From Takakia lepidozioides (taxonomy: Eukaryota > Plantae > Bryophyta), in assembly GCA_030704615.1 (NCBI GenBank), contig CM060732.1, positions 83,018,001-83,082,000 of the forward strand: a DNA stretch of 64,000 nt, written 5' to 3'. Numbering within the stretch: the stretch's first letter is position 1; each line of letters begins with the position of its first letter. Shown here one piece after another: positions 1 to 14,600 of this stretch. The translations under genes were made by a program, and so were the position numbers. The notes under the pieces were generated by a model. The model made no database searches and was not told the origin of the DNA. It was given only the letters and a program-made list of their open reading frames with translations.

Positions 1-697
1 AGATGAGTTCTTGATTTAGAAGGGTTGTTTCTGTTATTAGATGTCTTGCATTCACATGAGTAGCAAATGCTTGTGCTTCAGATTGTGGAGAGGTTGTCAT
101 TAATTGGGAGAGTTGCAGACCTATGCTCTAAGCACCTCTAAAGTTGGGATGGGCATTTAACAGAGGAACACCCTATGATAGCTGCATCCATCAAGCATCC
201 TTTGCTTCTTTCCCAAAGGGACCTGATCAGCAGGCGCCTGTAATTAAGCCGGTGGTGCGGTTTCTGTATCAGGACTATGTTAGAAAACCACACGGGACTT
301 CTCGCTGGCTTTTGTTATAATTGCCACAGGCTTCTGGCCTGACAGCGATGCGGTGAAGTTCCCCAGGGGCTTCTAATTATAGATTCTAATGCAGATACTG
401 TTCACCTGGCGCCTGACGGCTTTGCAGCGCTACCTGATTTGGGAGTTTTCCAAATAGCATTCAGGTACTGTGGGTTGTTCTAGGATATCTATATCCACAA
501 CATATTTTCAAGGTTGCACAAGTTTCCCTTGGAAATCCCTATGTTAACTTTTCTAATGCAACAGCACTCTGAGCTGATTGCCTATTCTAACGAAGATGGA
601 TGCTCCCCTACATGTCTTTAATCCATAATTGTTAGCAACTGCCTCACTTGTTGCATAGTTGGATTGGTTCATATCAACAATATTTGCCTTTTTGCAG

Positions 698-3600
698 GTC
701 AACAGAGCTGACTATCTGAATGGCCGCACAGCACTCCATTTTGCAGCAGTGAGTGGGCATGCGCGCTGCGTACGCCTGATTGTTGCAGACTATGTACCCA
801 GTGTGCCCTACTTGTGGAATACATTGCAACCAGCCAACCAAGATGAGACACCATCCATGAAGAGCTATCTAGATCGAAGGTTGGCCTCCTTGTTCAAAAA
901 TGGGGATGGGTATCCACTTCATGGGAAGCTGTTTTATGGATATCCTATATGTAGACCTAAGTAAAATGTTGTCAGAATGATTACCAGTTCAAGAAAGTAC
1001 GTCCCAAGTCGCATAGGGAATAGACAACCCCAGCACCTGGTGTTCAGTTCTTACTTAGCTGTCCTCAAGATTGAGAAGGGCATCCTTAATATGGGCTACT
1101 TGGATGTCAAAACACCTGCGCTGGTGCTCTCTCTTGCTCACTCTGTTCTTTGTTGGATACTCTGTCTCTCTCACTCTCTCTCTCACACAAATAATTGATT
1201 CAGCACTTATGAAGTAGGACATCAAAGCCTGAGAACGTGAGTTTCTGAGTCACATGTTGGGAAGGTCAGAGAAGGTTAAGTTGGGAAGCAAACAAGCTGA
1301 AGCTGGTAAGAAAGACTTGAGCTTCTTCTCAACCTTGAATAAAATAGGCTGACAAAAGAATTGCTGTGGGGGTGGCAACGGCATGGGTTTGACCCACTGC
1401 ATAGGAGGATCATCAGTTCACCAAGTTGGGCAAGAAAGAGGGCCTATGTGGCTATGTTTGTCTATTAATGTCAGGAAAGGGTCTACAGTTGGGTGTGGTG
1501 CGCTTTGTTACTTTCTGAGGTAGAATTGTCCTATTTTATCACTTAAAGAGGGCTCTTGATACACTTCTTCCGGTCAGTTTTGTGATACTGGAGGCCACAG
1601 TAGAAAACCAGGGCTCTCCTGGGGTCTGAAACCCAGGTAAGCTTTCCAGACAATGACCTGCTCTGGTGGTAGGCTTTTGGGGGATGGGGATACTAGATGT
1701 TACCCACATTCAAATATTAGTTCCACCACAGGGTCAGGCCTTGAGAGCTGTAATGCCCCTTGGTCTTTCGTTTTGGGCTCCTCTCTCTCTCGTCCTTCTG
1801 TTCCTTCATTATTCAGCACGGGTTTTGGTCTAGATGGCCTCAAGGTATGTAATACCTTGCTGGAATGGTACTCTAGCCTTGAGCATTCTAGCCCCCTTGG
1901 CTCTCTCCTTCTGGTCCTTCACGTCTGCACACGGGTTTCAGAATGCTATAATAATGGCAACGTAATGAACTTTCTCTCAGCCTTTTTTCTGTCATGTTAT
2001 ACTTTCTCCCTCACTCTTCATTCGCTTTTGCAGTTCCTTGGCAAGGGTTGTTAACAAGGCGGCTGATGGAGGTATCACAGCACTTCATATGGCTGCACTC
2101 AATGGCCACACTGAGTGTGTGCAGTTGCTACTGGATCTGGCAGCAAATGTTTCAGCTGTCACAGTTCAAGATGGCACAACAATTGATTTGATAGGTACTT
2201 CCTCCTACTAGATGCTCAGATCATGGCAAACTTCTGGACTTATAGTTATTACAAGGGGAAAAGATAGAGGAGAAGAAAGAAGAAAGGAGGTTTAGAATGT
2301 CCATGAAAAGCTAACAGAGCTTAGGAACTGGAACGGATAGCACAAAGAACCACCTGGATTATTGTAGAGGCTGAGACATGTTTCAATCAGTGAGCATAGT
2401 CGGATGCTATTAAATTGTTGTCTTCCCTTGTTCACTGAAGTGGGTGTTTAATTTGACCAAGCGGCAGGGTGCATCTGTTTCTTCAACCAAAGCTTAAATC
2501 AGGAACTAAAATCGGCATCCTGATGGGTAGCGTTATATTTGATGGATAGGGGAAGGATACTGATTGGACATAGCATCATGCTATTCTGCGATTAATCAAT
2601 GTGTCTTTCCCACCAAAGAAACAGTACTAGAGGGCTTGAGCAAAGCTCTCTTTGGAAATATCAAAAACACATTAAAAGAGGTTCTGAGAACTTCTACCAG
2701 AAACTATGAGAAGATAGGAGTTCTTCTAATTTTGGGATGCTACATTAGTCCCTGCACTGTGCATTTCAACATCTGCAATGTCTAAGATTTTGAGGGCGTG
2801 ACATGGCTAGACACTTACTGGGGCCTTGCAGCCCTTTTCAAGGTCCCATGTCTATGCCCGGGTTTCTTGTTTTAATCCTGTGTTTCTTTTTGGTTGATAG
2901 ATAAGCATGAGAAGCATTGTACACTCTAGGACTAAAAATCTCGTAGAAGTTGCTGCACCACCTCTGATCTTTAAGAGTTGAGATTTTACCAGAGCTCACT
3001 TTGTCCAGACAATTTATCGTACCTGGTTGGATAGATGGTCGTCACCTTGTGTAACCTTTCGTTTATCATTTGACATGAGAGATCAGTAATCATATATAAT
3101 GTGGCCCGAGCACTGGGGTAGGTTTGTGGACATATGGTGGTCGTGTCTGTTGGCAGCGGGTTATCATTGGATGGTTTGGAAGGCTTGCAGGAGCTGGTAG
3201 TTCTGCATTGCATTATGCTGCTTGTGGCGGCAGTGTCCCTTGCTGTCAGGTGCCCACCTTGCCAATCTGTGCCTCTTGTTGCTCAAGTTTGTCCACCTAT
3301 TCTGGTTGCTTGTATCTGTTGTTTGCTGGGCAGTTCTTCTTCTCGTTGTTCATGGGTAAGAGACATCTTGCAAAGAATATTTCTTATCAAGTAATGTTGT
3401 TTGTGTAGTTCACAAACTACAAAAAGGTTGGTGATGAGGTGATGGCCATGTGATATGGTTGTTTTGGTGCACTAACTCATCACCCAGCTTGATGTCCTGA
3501 TATCTACACAGGCTTTGATAGCAAGGGGAGCCAGCCGTAGTGCCCTTAACTGCAACGGGTATGTTATTTTGCCATTTTTGCACCTGGATTATTTGAGAAC

Positions 3601-5924
3601 ATTTTTATTTTATTTTTTTAAGAGGAAACCTGGGAGCGACAGCCCATAATTCAGGCCCTTGTGGAAGGGGAAAAATTAACCCCCTTTCTTATGGGCCATG
3701 AGACCTACAACGCCCAGAAAGACGGCCACAAACAATCCACACACGGACGGGGCAGAGTAGCGGGTTTGAACCCCGAACCACTACACTGTGCACTTACCAG
3801 CTGAGCTACCAACCGATGTGCACAATTTTGCCAAGTGTTACTATATCTGCCACTAAGGCAGCATCTGATGCCATCTAATGCCATGTGTGCAACGTGGCTT
3901 GTCGCAGTATACATTTTTAACTTACATAGGTTGCTTACTTTCTGACTAGGTGATCTAGACAACCTCTAGAAAAGCATTGGGTTTTCGTCTTGTCAGGTAA
4001 TGATGCAGTTGTGTTGGTTGGATTTTTTTCAATATTTGGAAATGGATTCTGCAGAGAGTTTTCAGATCTTATGAAAAATCTGGATAAGAAGAAAACAGTG
4101 GCTGTGGGATGGATGTCTGTCAAGGCCATGGTGTCACAAGTAGTTATGTTATTCCATCTGAAGTCTGTTTGATTGATTTCTGGCCAAGCCTAATCCAAAG
4201 TGTTTCTGGGGTGGTTCTCATGTTACTCAGGTGGACAGCAGTTCAAGTTGCACGTCTCTGGCGTCGCCATTGGCTGGAGCCTCTGTTAGCTCCTGATTCA
4301 CCACTGCCCATCCCCTCTTTTCCTCCATCTCGCTACTTGGCACTCCCGCTTTCCAGCATCATGAAAATTGCCAGGTATTTTATAGACCTTCTGTTTTTTG
4401 GACACGTCACACTCGCACCCCATGTAGCCTGCATTAAATGAGTGATGTGGGGGGAGTTGGGCAGTATCTCTGAACAGAGTTGCACTACATGCCAGGAATA
4501 GATACTGATTGGCAACATTAAAATGATTCAAAGGAAGGTTTTGGTGTCTATTGTAGAGTTGGACTCGTTATCTGCAGTAACTCGGTAAAAACAGTAGGGG
4601 TACTAAAAGATTTACCAGAGTCACCACTTTTGTTATGTAAAAACTGGGAATGCGATTGAGTGGGGTCTCTTGGTGTGTCAGGGAGTGTGGATGGAGAAGT
4701 CTTGATATGGCACCTGCAGGCGCTGACCCCTGCGCTGTATGTTTAGAACGGCGTTGCACAGTGGCTGCTGAAGGTTTTTCATAACCGCCTTCCAATGTGT
4801 TGTGTTGACTTATATTTCTTAGTGTGATAGCCCTTCATCACAGTTGTTGAATCCAGGAACGGCCCCTTGCTTTGTCTAACCAGGGTTAGCTTCAGGGCAT
4901 CCTGGAACAAGAATTATTTTATTAAGTTGACCACTGCATTGTGTTGGGAATTTTATTTCTATAATTTTGCTTCAGGAAGAATCTCAATCAGACATTCAGT
5001 TAACCGCAGTTATAAGTAAACCAGCGACGACAATGTGGTTGCTTGGGACTTCAGGGGTCAATGAAGAGTTTTATCGAACAAATTTTACCGCAGTTGTATT
5101 TTTTCCACTAAAGACAGCTCAGGTTGATGGATTCTTTGTCCTGAAGGTGGAATGTCTCAATACATGTCAGAAAAAGTGCTGATTTGGCCAATATTCAAAG
5201 CAATTTGGGATGTGGGCATGGCAATGCAGGTTGTGGCCATGAGCTCTGCACCAGATGTGCTCTCTACCTCTGCTCTACCAACACAGTCTCTGCCACTGTT
5301 GCAAGTCCTCCAGGGTCTATCCCTTGCCCTCTCTGCAGGCATGGCATCGTGGCATTCCTCAAGCTTCCAACCACACTATCTATGAAGGAGCTAGCCAGAG
5401 TGAACATGCCATCTCTAACTCTTTGCACCACTTGCACCATGGAAGTCCAAGAGCCAGCTGCTGTGGGGGGTCTTCTCCAGAAGGGTGAGCACAGGGGAGG
5501 CTGCCGTGTCTCCCCCTTGTCATCAAATTCACTCAGGCTAACTTGCCCTGGATTTTCCTCTCTACATTGTCCAGGAGGTTTCGGCTCCAATGGTGACAAT
5601 TCTGGCTCTGCCTCTCCAGCAATGATGTGTAGTGGATTTTCCAGGTCAGATTCTAGGTCAGAGGCCAGGCCAGACGATTCAACAACAATAGAGAGCCTTG
5701 CATGGCCCCTTCCTTCACGAGTCCCAATGCTGCGGGAGACCTCTGCAGCGGTGCCCCTTTCTTCAGCGGGAAGCAATGAGGAACCCCCTTCAACCTCAAA
5801 GCCTGCTTGCAAACGTTCACAGCGGCAATGTTCAGGGCCCAAGAAAGTAGCCACCAGATGGTGGTCCCAGAAGCCTTTTCATTGGAGTAGCTACTCCAGC
5901 TTGCGATCTTCAACCAGGATGTAG
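698..5924 (+). CDS. XBAT32/XBAT33-like ankyrin-repeat RING E3 ubiquitin ligase, 3' seven exons (698-879, 2034-2194, 3191-3249, 3512-3558, 4231-4374, 4682-4773, 5230-5924); 5' exons not found in the window
   Basis: GT-AG junctions join in frame. Product has ankyrin repeats ([35 protein letters not shown]), [10 protein letters not shown], and a RING ([29 protein letters not shown]...PCPLCRHGI), ending at TAG 5922-5924. Resembles Arabidopsis XBAT32/33 from memory. Confidence 0.93.
3601..3821 (-). mobile_element. tRNA-derived SINE in an XBAT intron
   Basis: Minus strand has A box TAGCTCAGCTGG (3808-3797), B box GGTTCAAACCC (3772-3762) and an A-rich tail (T-run 3601-3619 on +). No clear TSD. Confidence 0.65.
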
Positions 5925-8900
5925 GATGTGCAAAGAAAATGATTTGTACAGCCTGTCTTTCCCCTTCATGTTTTTATATTTACATTTGACCCTACCAGGA
6001 AATGGTCCCCATTATATATCTCTAGCTTGTTGGTGAGTTGGGTTGGGGGAGGAGAAGAGTCCAAATAGTCTCTAATGGGTTTTGAAGTTGGTGAGGTTGA
6101 ATGGAGATCCTTTGGTAAATTGTCTCATGTATTACAGCCAAGTAGGCGAAGGAGCATGTACACTGCTTACGGTGGTCTCCTCATGGTGTAGGCCACTGCG
6201 GTATGTGCCTCCCCAGTCTGAGGGATTTGACAGGGGATGTCTGGGGATTTTACTGGGAATTGCATACCTGTACCCCTGCAACCTAGCTGGAGCTAGAGTA
6301 ATGTAAAAAGAATTGAAAGATTGGGCTAACTGTCCCTCGTGAGCTATTTTAGAAAGGAAATTGAGGGCAGGAAGTGGTTGATTTTGGGAGCTTAAATGAA
6401 GTGTTGAAGATATTCGGAGCCTATAGGTGGAATTTGGTGCGTTGGTATAAAGAGCAGAGTATGTGGGAAGCTCGAGTGTACAATGTTGAAGGCAGCAATT
6501 GAATTCGCTTTTCCAATACCTTGTGGTATGCTGAAGTGGCCATGGTGCAGAATTTGCAGTGGTGTTGGTGGTAAAACCAAGGAAAATTGTATCTCTCACC
6601 TTGTGCTCCAGTCAAACAGTGAAAGTTCAGGAACTGTCACCTAATGTTGTGTTGAGTACCTCAATCCTTGCAAAGCCTCTATGTTTGGTATGACACCTTC
6701 CATCCAAGTTATCTCAACAATGCAGAAGTACAGACTGTTTCTTCCACATGCACTGATCACACCAACCAATCTGAGATGACAAAAATTGACGAGAGTTTTA
6801 GGGGATTGAAAGATTCAGTGCTGAATAACTTGAAAGGATTGTTTGTATTCCCATCTCCCCTGTGCTTTGATGTCAGCACATGAGAGTATGCTCTTGAATG
6901 TTCAAGATCCGAGGTCCTACATCATCTTCATCGAATTCATGGTTTTGAAAGATGGTTACGACTGCAATTTAACCAAAGACCAGATCCACACGCCTCATTT
7001 CCTTGGATACCCGCTTCATCCTTATCCCAAAAGAGCAACTGCAGAGTTGTCTCTTGTTGATGTATACAATGGATACAGTCAGTTCAGTTTGTGGCTCTCA
7101 TTGCTCTCTTTCTCCATTGGTGCGCACAGATACACCCTCAGTGTACATGGGTGTGGTGGGTGGAGTGTTCGATTACATTACACGCGCCACACTTCCAACT
7201 CTTCTACAGAGCCGCTCATCTTGGCTGTTGGGTAGGAAGATCGAAAGCCTGCGAGTAGAAATTGCAAGGAGGGAAGGGCTGAAGAGCCTCTAAGATCTTG
7301 TCAATTGGTGTGATCGAATCAAAAATTGGACGGAGGCAAGGTTTGAAGTCGGCAATGCAGGCCAGAAGGTGTTTGGGCTTAGGAGGGAAGATGGTACAGG
7401 GTGTGCTGTCGAAGCACGTGAAATCACGTGCTGGGTCCAAAGCGGATCGATGGGTACACTCTTCTCAGTCGGACATTGGAAGTTTGGACACGAGAGCGGT
7501 GCCAGCGTTGCACTGGGTGATGCAGGCACGGCGCATGTCCTGCTGTGCTAACTTGGGCAACCCTGCTCCTCGTGAGGTCTCTCTCTCAACTATGTGGTGT
7601 GTATGTTATTGCTGTTCTGCATCTTTCAATTGATATTGCCGAGGCTTGCAGCTGGTTGCATCTCCTTCTCCGAGCTCATCTGTAAATGGATACTGTGAAA
7701 GGGAAAGGAATATCGAGTTTACACAGCATCTTCAACATTACTTATGAGCGCTCTTTCATGCAATGGAGCTGGTTGGAACTTATAGGCATGTTTTGAATGC
7801 AGTTAATTGTGGAATACTGTGAGGAAAGTGACCTAACTGATTACTTCATCGAGCTTGCGGACAAAGTTGGTGAGATTTGCAACTTCATTTCCTCTCTTTC
7901 GTAATGCCACTGTCGATGGAGTTCCTCGTTCTTGTTTTCTCTCTGTTTCACTTGCCTCGAGAAACAGTATCCAACATAGTCAATTGCATATAGAATCTGA
8001 TTTCGAAAATTGAACCTTCGGTTTTCCAATTGAAACAGGAGTATGAACTTCAACAGCCATGTAGATCATTTGGGTGCTGTATGTGAGAGAAGGATGATAT
8101 TCACTCCTATTTTTCAGTCTTGTAGACATGACAGGAGTTTACCACACTTGTCTTTGTGAATGTGAGTGCAGAGAATGCCCACCCTGAGATAGCTGTCCTG
8201 AGCAGCCCAGACAACTCAAAAGCCAGGTAATGCAAAAGTCATTTTTTTCGTTATTCCCCACAGGCAGAGTAGGTACTGCCAGTGTGTTGATTCCCTTGGA
8301 TCTGTGTCCACAAAATTGAGGGAGCTTTTCCCTGCCACCCTAGAATTCAGAATGGTGGTTGGAAGACTTTGCCTTGAGCTTTCTTATTTTTGTGATGAGT
8401 AGAAGTAATATGAAGAGATTCCATATCAATCATACTTAGTTTCATATCTTTCTACCAGAGTCTACAAATTTCGCATATTTGTTGTAGTTGCTGGATCGAA
8501 ATACCAGGTTCCTGATCCTGGAGGTATCATTATCATCATATTTTTCATCTTGCCACATTCGATTCCAGAAGTCTCAGTGAATCAAATGATTTAATTGAAT
8601 GTTTCTGATTGGGATGCCTTTTACACTTCAGATTGGGCCTTTCTTTACTCTGCAGGGTGGGCAATCTTCAGAGTAGATTTCCAAAAGATCTAGATGTGTT
8701 TCCTGCTTCTAAGAGAGATGAAGAAACTCTACCTAAGCATTATCAGGAGGTGGGCAATGTATCATGGCTGGTCTGGCAGGAAGGGGTCCTTTGAAGTAAC
8801 TTCGGGTGATCGCCTCCTCTTCTCAAAGCTGAAGGTAAGCAGGACTGCCAAATACTGAGTGTGTCAGTAAAAATGCTTTAGTTTCCCCAACCAGCAATTG

Positions 8901-11657
8901 GCACACCCAAGGCAGGTGATAAGAGTGAACTCCCATCGCCATATTTCACCTGTGGTTGCATCAAATAAGAGCAGAACGCAGCCAAGGGGTTTTATTGGGA
9001 GAATTTTCCCCAAGATTATGATCTGGTAGGCATTAGCTGTCCTTTTAGTTGCTGCTCAGCTAATATTCATCAGAATATGACCAATCTGCACGGACAGTGA
9101 TCTGGTGTTTGTTGTGAATTTGCTTGTAGACAAAACGGCTACCCAAGTTTGAGGATATTCTTAATGCAATTGCGGATCTTGAAGAATGTGAGTTGGAGGC
9201 AGCTGCTGTGAAAACTGCCAGAGGCTAGACAGCTTAGTTTTGCCATATAGGCTGAGATACTCTGTACATTCCTCGGAACTTTTCTCGTGGGTTTTTGGAA
9301 GGTACACATGGAAGTACCAGTTATAGGAATCAACTAGGGTTCGGGGTTTGCGGTGTAATGGTGAAAGCGATTCTACATTAAGAAAGAGTTGGGAGTCCTG
9401 ACCAGCAAATGGAGGAATGCTGCAGTTTGGAATATCTGGCCCAAGCACCGATGACATATCAAAAATGGAGTGTGTGGCTGGAATCGTTGTTCATATAAGT
9501 GAGCAGTTCTGGGACAGAAATTAGGGAGGCAGCTTAGAAAAGAGTACTAATTTGTGAGGAAGTGGGTGGTGTAATGCAGTCATCATGCAGATAACAGGAT
9601 GTAGAGTGTCTGAAACTTTCCTTACATTACAAATTTAAGGTTGGTGTTGCGTAGCATCACTTCATTTTCCTCAACGATACTATACCAATCAGATCTCTGC
9701 ACATATTGGAGTTTGCTTTGCTTGTTTGGGAAGAGCTGTTTTCAGGGATCCCAAACTTGGGGGTAGTAGTTTGGAATCTAGGACTAGGCAACCATCTTCC
9801 CAGCAAAAGCCATTGATAACACATTTCCACTTGGGCACACAGTCAGCAGGAAGTGTATGGAGGCATACACTACTGCAATAAACACAAAAAAGGAAGCTCC
9901 AGATCACAATGCCGCATACTAAACCATTTAGCTAGGCACACACATCAATATGTTCGAAATGTGCACTTTCAATGAGGATGGTGTACTTGATCAAGTACCA
10001 GCCCAAATGTATAGAAAGTTGTTTGATATTCACTCTATCACCACTCAAGATTTGTAAGAGTCTGCACATTGCAGGAGCCAAATGGCAGTATGGCATCAGA
10101 ACTGCATTGTTTGAGGTGCTGATCCTTAGTTCAGTCGAACAATCAAGATAATGTACACATCACTCCATTCTTTTGGGGACAATTTCCAATTGATATCCTG
10201 CTGTTGCTATGAATTCCACCCACCTGAAGTAGAAAATCCTCAGTTGCAGAGTTTGTGAAATGTAACAGTTCATCTATCCCTAATTATGCATACAAACCCA
10301 GGGTCAAGGTGGTACCCTAATAAGATCTTCTGAGCACTCGACCATGTTGCTTCCGCTCCCTTGTCCCTGATTGATTTTGTTAAGACGGTGTCCCCGTTGC
10401 ATGAGACCTTATTCGGTATGAACAGGCAGCTGAGATTGGCTTCCCTCGCATGCATATGGGAACATCACAACAAAGGTGGATGGACTTCAAGAAAATGTGA
10501 GATGGCCATTCAGCACAACAACATCCTGTGCCGGAGGTTTCCCATTTCTCTCCGACAACATCCTCTCTGCCACACTCAGGGCAGTCACCCCGATACCAGG
10601 ATACGTACCATGGAAATTTTAAGAAAGTTCCAGTTGCGTTATTTAGAGCCTTGAGCGGATAAATACAACAGGCTTATTCGTCAGTTCTCTGTGATTCGCC
10701 TTCGCTCCTGCATCCTCTTCCCCAGGTGCGTGCAAAATACGACTGTCAGTCACGTTCATCGTTGCTGCTTCCCCCTTAATCCTACTCACACCTCCGCACT
10801 CCACGTCTTTGAGGATTTTCACGTACTCTGGGTCTTGCTTGACTCCGCTCCACTGGATCTTTCCACGATTTTCTGAACTCTTTCCCTTTCTTTCCCGAAC
10901 CGTCTTCCGCAAATCCTCGTCAGTCTCTGGACTCTCTTGCCTGCGCCTCTCTCTTGCCTCCTTCCCTGAAATCAGAGCTGCAATTGGCTGCTCTCCTCCG
11001 AAGATTTCCGGGTTGACATGACGAGCTGCCTTTGTGAGAAGCTCCTGGGACGGCGAACAAATTGCTGACGACTTGTCACTGGCACGAGCTGGAACAATGT
11101 AGTACAAGAAGAGGCTCACAAGATTATTCATGGAGGATCGTCCTCCTCCCCTGCAAGACCTTCTCCGTCCACAATCGTAGCAGATCCGTGAACAACCCAA
11201 TGCTTTCACACCCACAACCTTCAGCCTGCAGCCTTGCCCAACCAAACCCAACCCAGTGCAGGTAACCCTAATTCTACAACTGAGATACACCCACTACAGT
11301 CGACCCTAGCTAAATGTGCCCTCTTTTGTTTTTTTTTTTTTTTTAACAGGGGGATTGTCCTGAGAATTTTATTAATAAGGTAAGGAAAAAATAACCTTAC
11401 AAGATGCCATAAGGCAGATTAATAAGGTACCACTCCGAACCCATAGTTCAAATGACAAAGAGTGAAGGGAACAAAGCAGAGATAAAGAGCCACCGAGATC
11501 ACTCTCTAACTAAGCCTAAGGGAAGGAGAGAGAGCCAGAATTAAGTACTCCCTAACAATGCAGAAGGATGTTACAGGGCTAGGCCCTTTTAACACCTAAG
11601 CAAGAATTCCCTTTCCTAGGTCCACTACGCTTGTGCCTCCAGTTCACTTCAGCTTCT

Positions 11658-14600
11658 TCAGATTCCAAGGGAGTTTGCTTGGTGCTGGTTAAGCTGCCAA
11701 CAGGCAGGGACGGAGTCTTCCCACACAATCCTTGTGTCTGAAATTCGTCTACAGAAAACGAGGTCCTTCCCCCATGATTTGTCGAAGGAGGTAAGCAGTT
11801 GTGTTCGCCTAGAGCTGCTACACTTGGAAAGAGCTGAAACAAGAACGGACCACGCTTTGCGAGCTTCAGACCTAAGATCTGAGTGAGCCAGGTATAGTAC
11901 TCTCTGCAAGCAGGGCCTCACCCCCTGAAACAACACTGCACATCTCATTTTCCATATCTGCCAAAGGATTATCCCTATCAGAGATTCCCAAACTGGACAG
12001 GAACAATGAATTCTGCCGTTCTTGGCATTAAGTAATAAAACAGAGGGGGAGGAATTCAGATCAGATGACCAAAAAGAGTACAAGAGAAGGGCCTTGTCCC
12101 ACACAGCTCTAGCAAACGGACAAAGGACCAAGCAGTGTTCCATGTCTTCAGCAGCATTAAGATTGCATGAGACACAATGAGCAGGTGTATCTGAAAGGTG
12201 TGCAGCCACTGGCAGGATCCTGTTAACTACCTTCCACAAGAAGGCTGTCACTTTTGAAGCCCTATGCTATTTCCAAACATCAGCCCATATTGGCTTCCAG
12301 GAAACAGGATGGCCAGGGATATGTTGCCATTTCTGAGTCCATTTACGGTCAAAACCACGCTTTGGCATCATCAGCTTATACCTGAGTTTGACAGAATACT
12401 TGAAGAAAGGATCGTGGCTCTTGTTCATCCATAGCCACTCGCCTGGGTCAAACTGCAACAGCTTAAGGGGGGCAGTTAAAAACCACCAGAAGGAATTCTT
12501 ATATTGCTGCAACTCCAAAGGAGGCATCGGGTTTGGATTGCCAGTGAGCCTACAGATAACTCTGGTTTGAAAGCAAACGATGGATGTAGGAATACTCACA
12601 GACGCCGGTGAGACCAGGGTACCATTTTTGCCAACAGAGAAGCCAGTGCCATGGATTGCAGCTCTGTCTATGGAAACTGCAAACAGGGCTTTGGGTTTTG
12701 AGTCAAGATAGTAACCAAACCAGCCGGGCACCTTTTGAAGATGAGGCTCATCCAACGCTCCGGAAGATCATCCATCACCGAATTCCATCCAAGATTAACA
12801 CGTCTGGCAGAAAGCTGCAGCGCAGCCGTTTCAGCCGAGATAAGAGAGTGAGTGGCATCATCCCAGAAATGCAGGATATGAGCCAGACCTGCAGCTTCCC
12901 ATTCAGCCCATTGTTTAGTGCAGGTAATTAACATCTCTTTATCCCGATTATAGTTGCCAAAGAGGGGTTGCCTCCGCACTTCACTGAAGTTAGAAGGGCT
13001 TATCTGAACCAGGAAAGGGCGCAACTTGCACCATGCCTGCAAACAGATCAATTGCCACGCTCTGGAACCCCGACAAGGGTTAGCATTTAGTTTCCCACCC
13101 TGAACAATCCATCTCAGCGAATGAGCCCACTTGTCACTGGTGCGAGGCATAGCAGCCAGCAGGTGCTGACTGACCAGTCGACTCCAAGGGCTAGTAAGGT
13201 GAGTCAGCGTTCTAGGAACCCACTTAGCAAGAAGCGCAGTGATCTGCGTTTGAGGATCCAATACACCCAAACCTCCATTCTTTTTACTTTGAGTCAGCTG
13301 ATCCCAGCTGACTAAGGCTCTTTTGTTGGATGAGGTTGAAGTAGCTCCCCAAATGAAGTTCCTCATCATTGACTTAACCTTCTTTATAATCAAAGATCCA
13401 GGAGACCACACCGAGGCCAGGAACCACAAGGATGCAAGAAGGACTTGATTAACAATCATGGCTCTGCCCACTACCGAGAGATGCAATGAACACCAATGCG
13501 AAAGCTTCCTTTTCAACTTTGAAAGGACAACAGCAAACCTGATATCATCATTAAGGTCAGTGCCCACCAACTGGCCCAGCAACTCGTGCGATTCCAAAAG
13601 CCATCTCAAGCCCAGCTCTATTCCCCAAGGGGCAATGTGGGAAGCTGTAGAGGGATCCGTTAGTTGGCTCAACAAGCCTACAGACTTCTTCCAATTTATT
13701 TTAAGGCCAGATGTACTACAAAAGGCTGCCAGCGAGCTTAGAGCAGCATTGACATTGGATATAGAGGAGTTGTTAATAAACAGAGAGGTATCATCAGCAT
13801 ACAGCAAAGATCTGATGGAGGAAGAAGGGGAATTACTAGAGGAGTTGGGGATAACCAGGCCCAAAGTGTCTTGCCTTTTATCCAACAAATGTCCGAGACC
13901 ATCCGCAGCCACTAAAAACAAAAAGGGAGCGAGCAGCAGCCCTGTCTGACCGACTTAAAGAGGGGGAAGGCTTTGGAGACCACTCCATTAACCATGACCC
14001 TGCTTGAGGCTGAAGAAAGAAGAATATGTACATCCACTTAAGAAAGTTCCCATTGATACCAGACACTTCCAAGGCCCCCAAAAGATATCTCCAGTTTATG
14101 TTATCAAATGCCTTTTCAAAGTCTAACATCAAAAGAGCCAGGGGTTGATTATCTAAGCGAGCCAGATGCAGGGCTTCATTGGTGAGAAGGATATTATCGA
14201 GAATCATTCTATGTTTCATGAACCCTGTCTGTTCTGGTCTTATCAGCTTAGACAACAAGGGCTGCAGACGTCTCGCAAGCGCCTTGGCAATGATTTTGTA
14301 AGTAGAATTCAACAACATAATGGGTCTATAGTTAGAAAGCAAGTCATGGTCACCTTTTTTGTACACTAGGGTGATGACTCCTTGCGATAACTAAGAGGGC
14401 ATTATCCCTTTGGCCAAAATATCGTTGGCCATTCGCAGGAAGTCTTCCCCAGCTTCCTCCAACCGGGCTTTGAAGAACTCCACCGGCAGCCCATCCAGAC
14501 CTGGTGTCTTGAGAGAGCTCAGAGCTTCAACAGCCTCCAGAAGCTCGGAGGCAGTGAAGGGAGCAGATAGACCAATCTGGTAATCATTGGAAAGGATACT

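Noticed and set aside
3760-3815. tRNA gene calls here and at 55225-55295
   Set aside because: A and B boxes are present but no full cloverleaf, and tails (plus the TSD at 55209-55416) indicate SINEs.
5264-5854. 196-aa minus-strand ORF, and similar antisense ORFs such as 29354..29968 and 41816..42493
   Set aside because: These are shadow ORFs opposite well-supported coding sequence.
6600-11290. Possible decayed minus-strand transposase (Plavaka/CACTA-like fragments such as ILQDPQ, LLFDAT, PKPKHLL) and the 215-aa ORF 10643..11290
   Set aside because: Fragments are too short and frame-broken to support a call by eye. A frameshift-aware profile search is needed.
11295-11322. TA-CAGTCGACCCT resembling a pogo/Tc1 terminus
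   Set aside because: No matching inverted terminus was found in the window.
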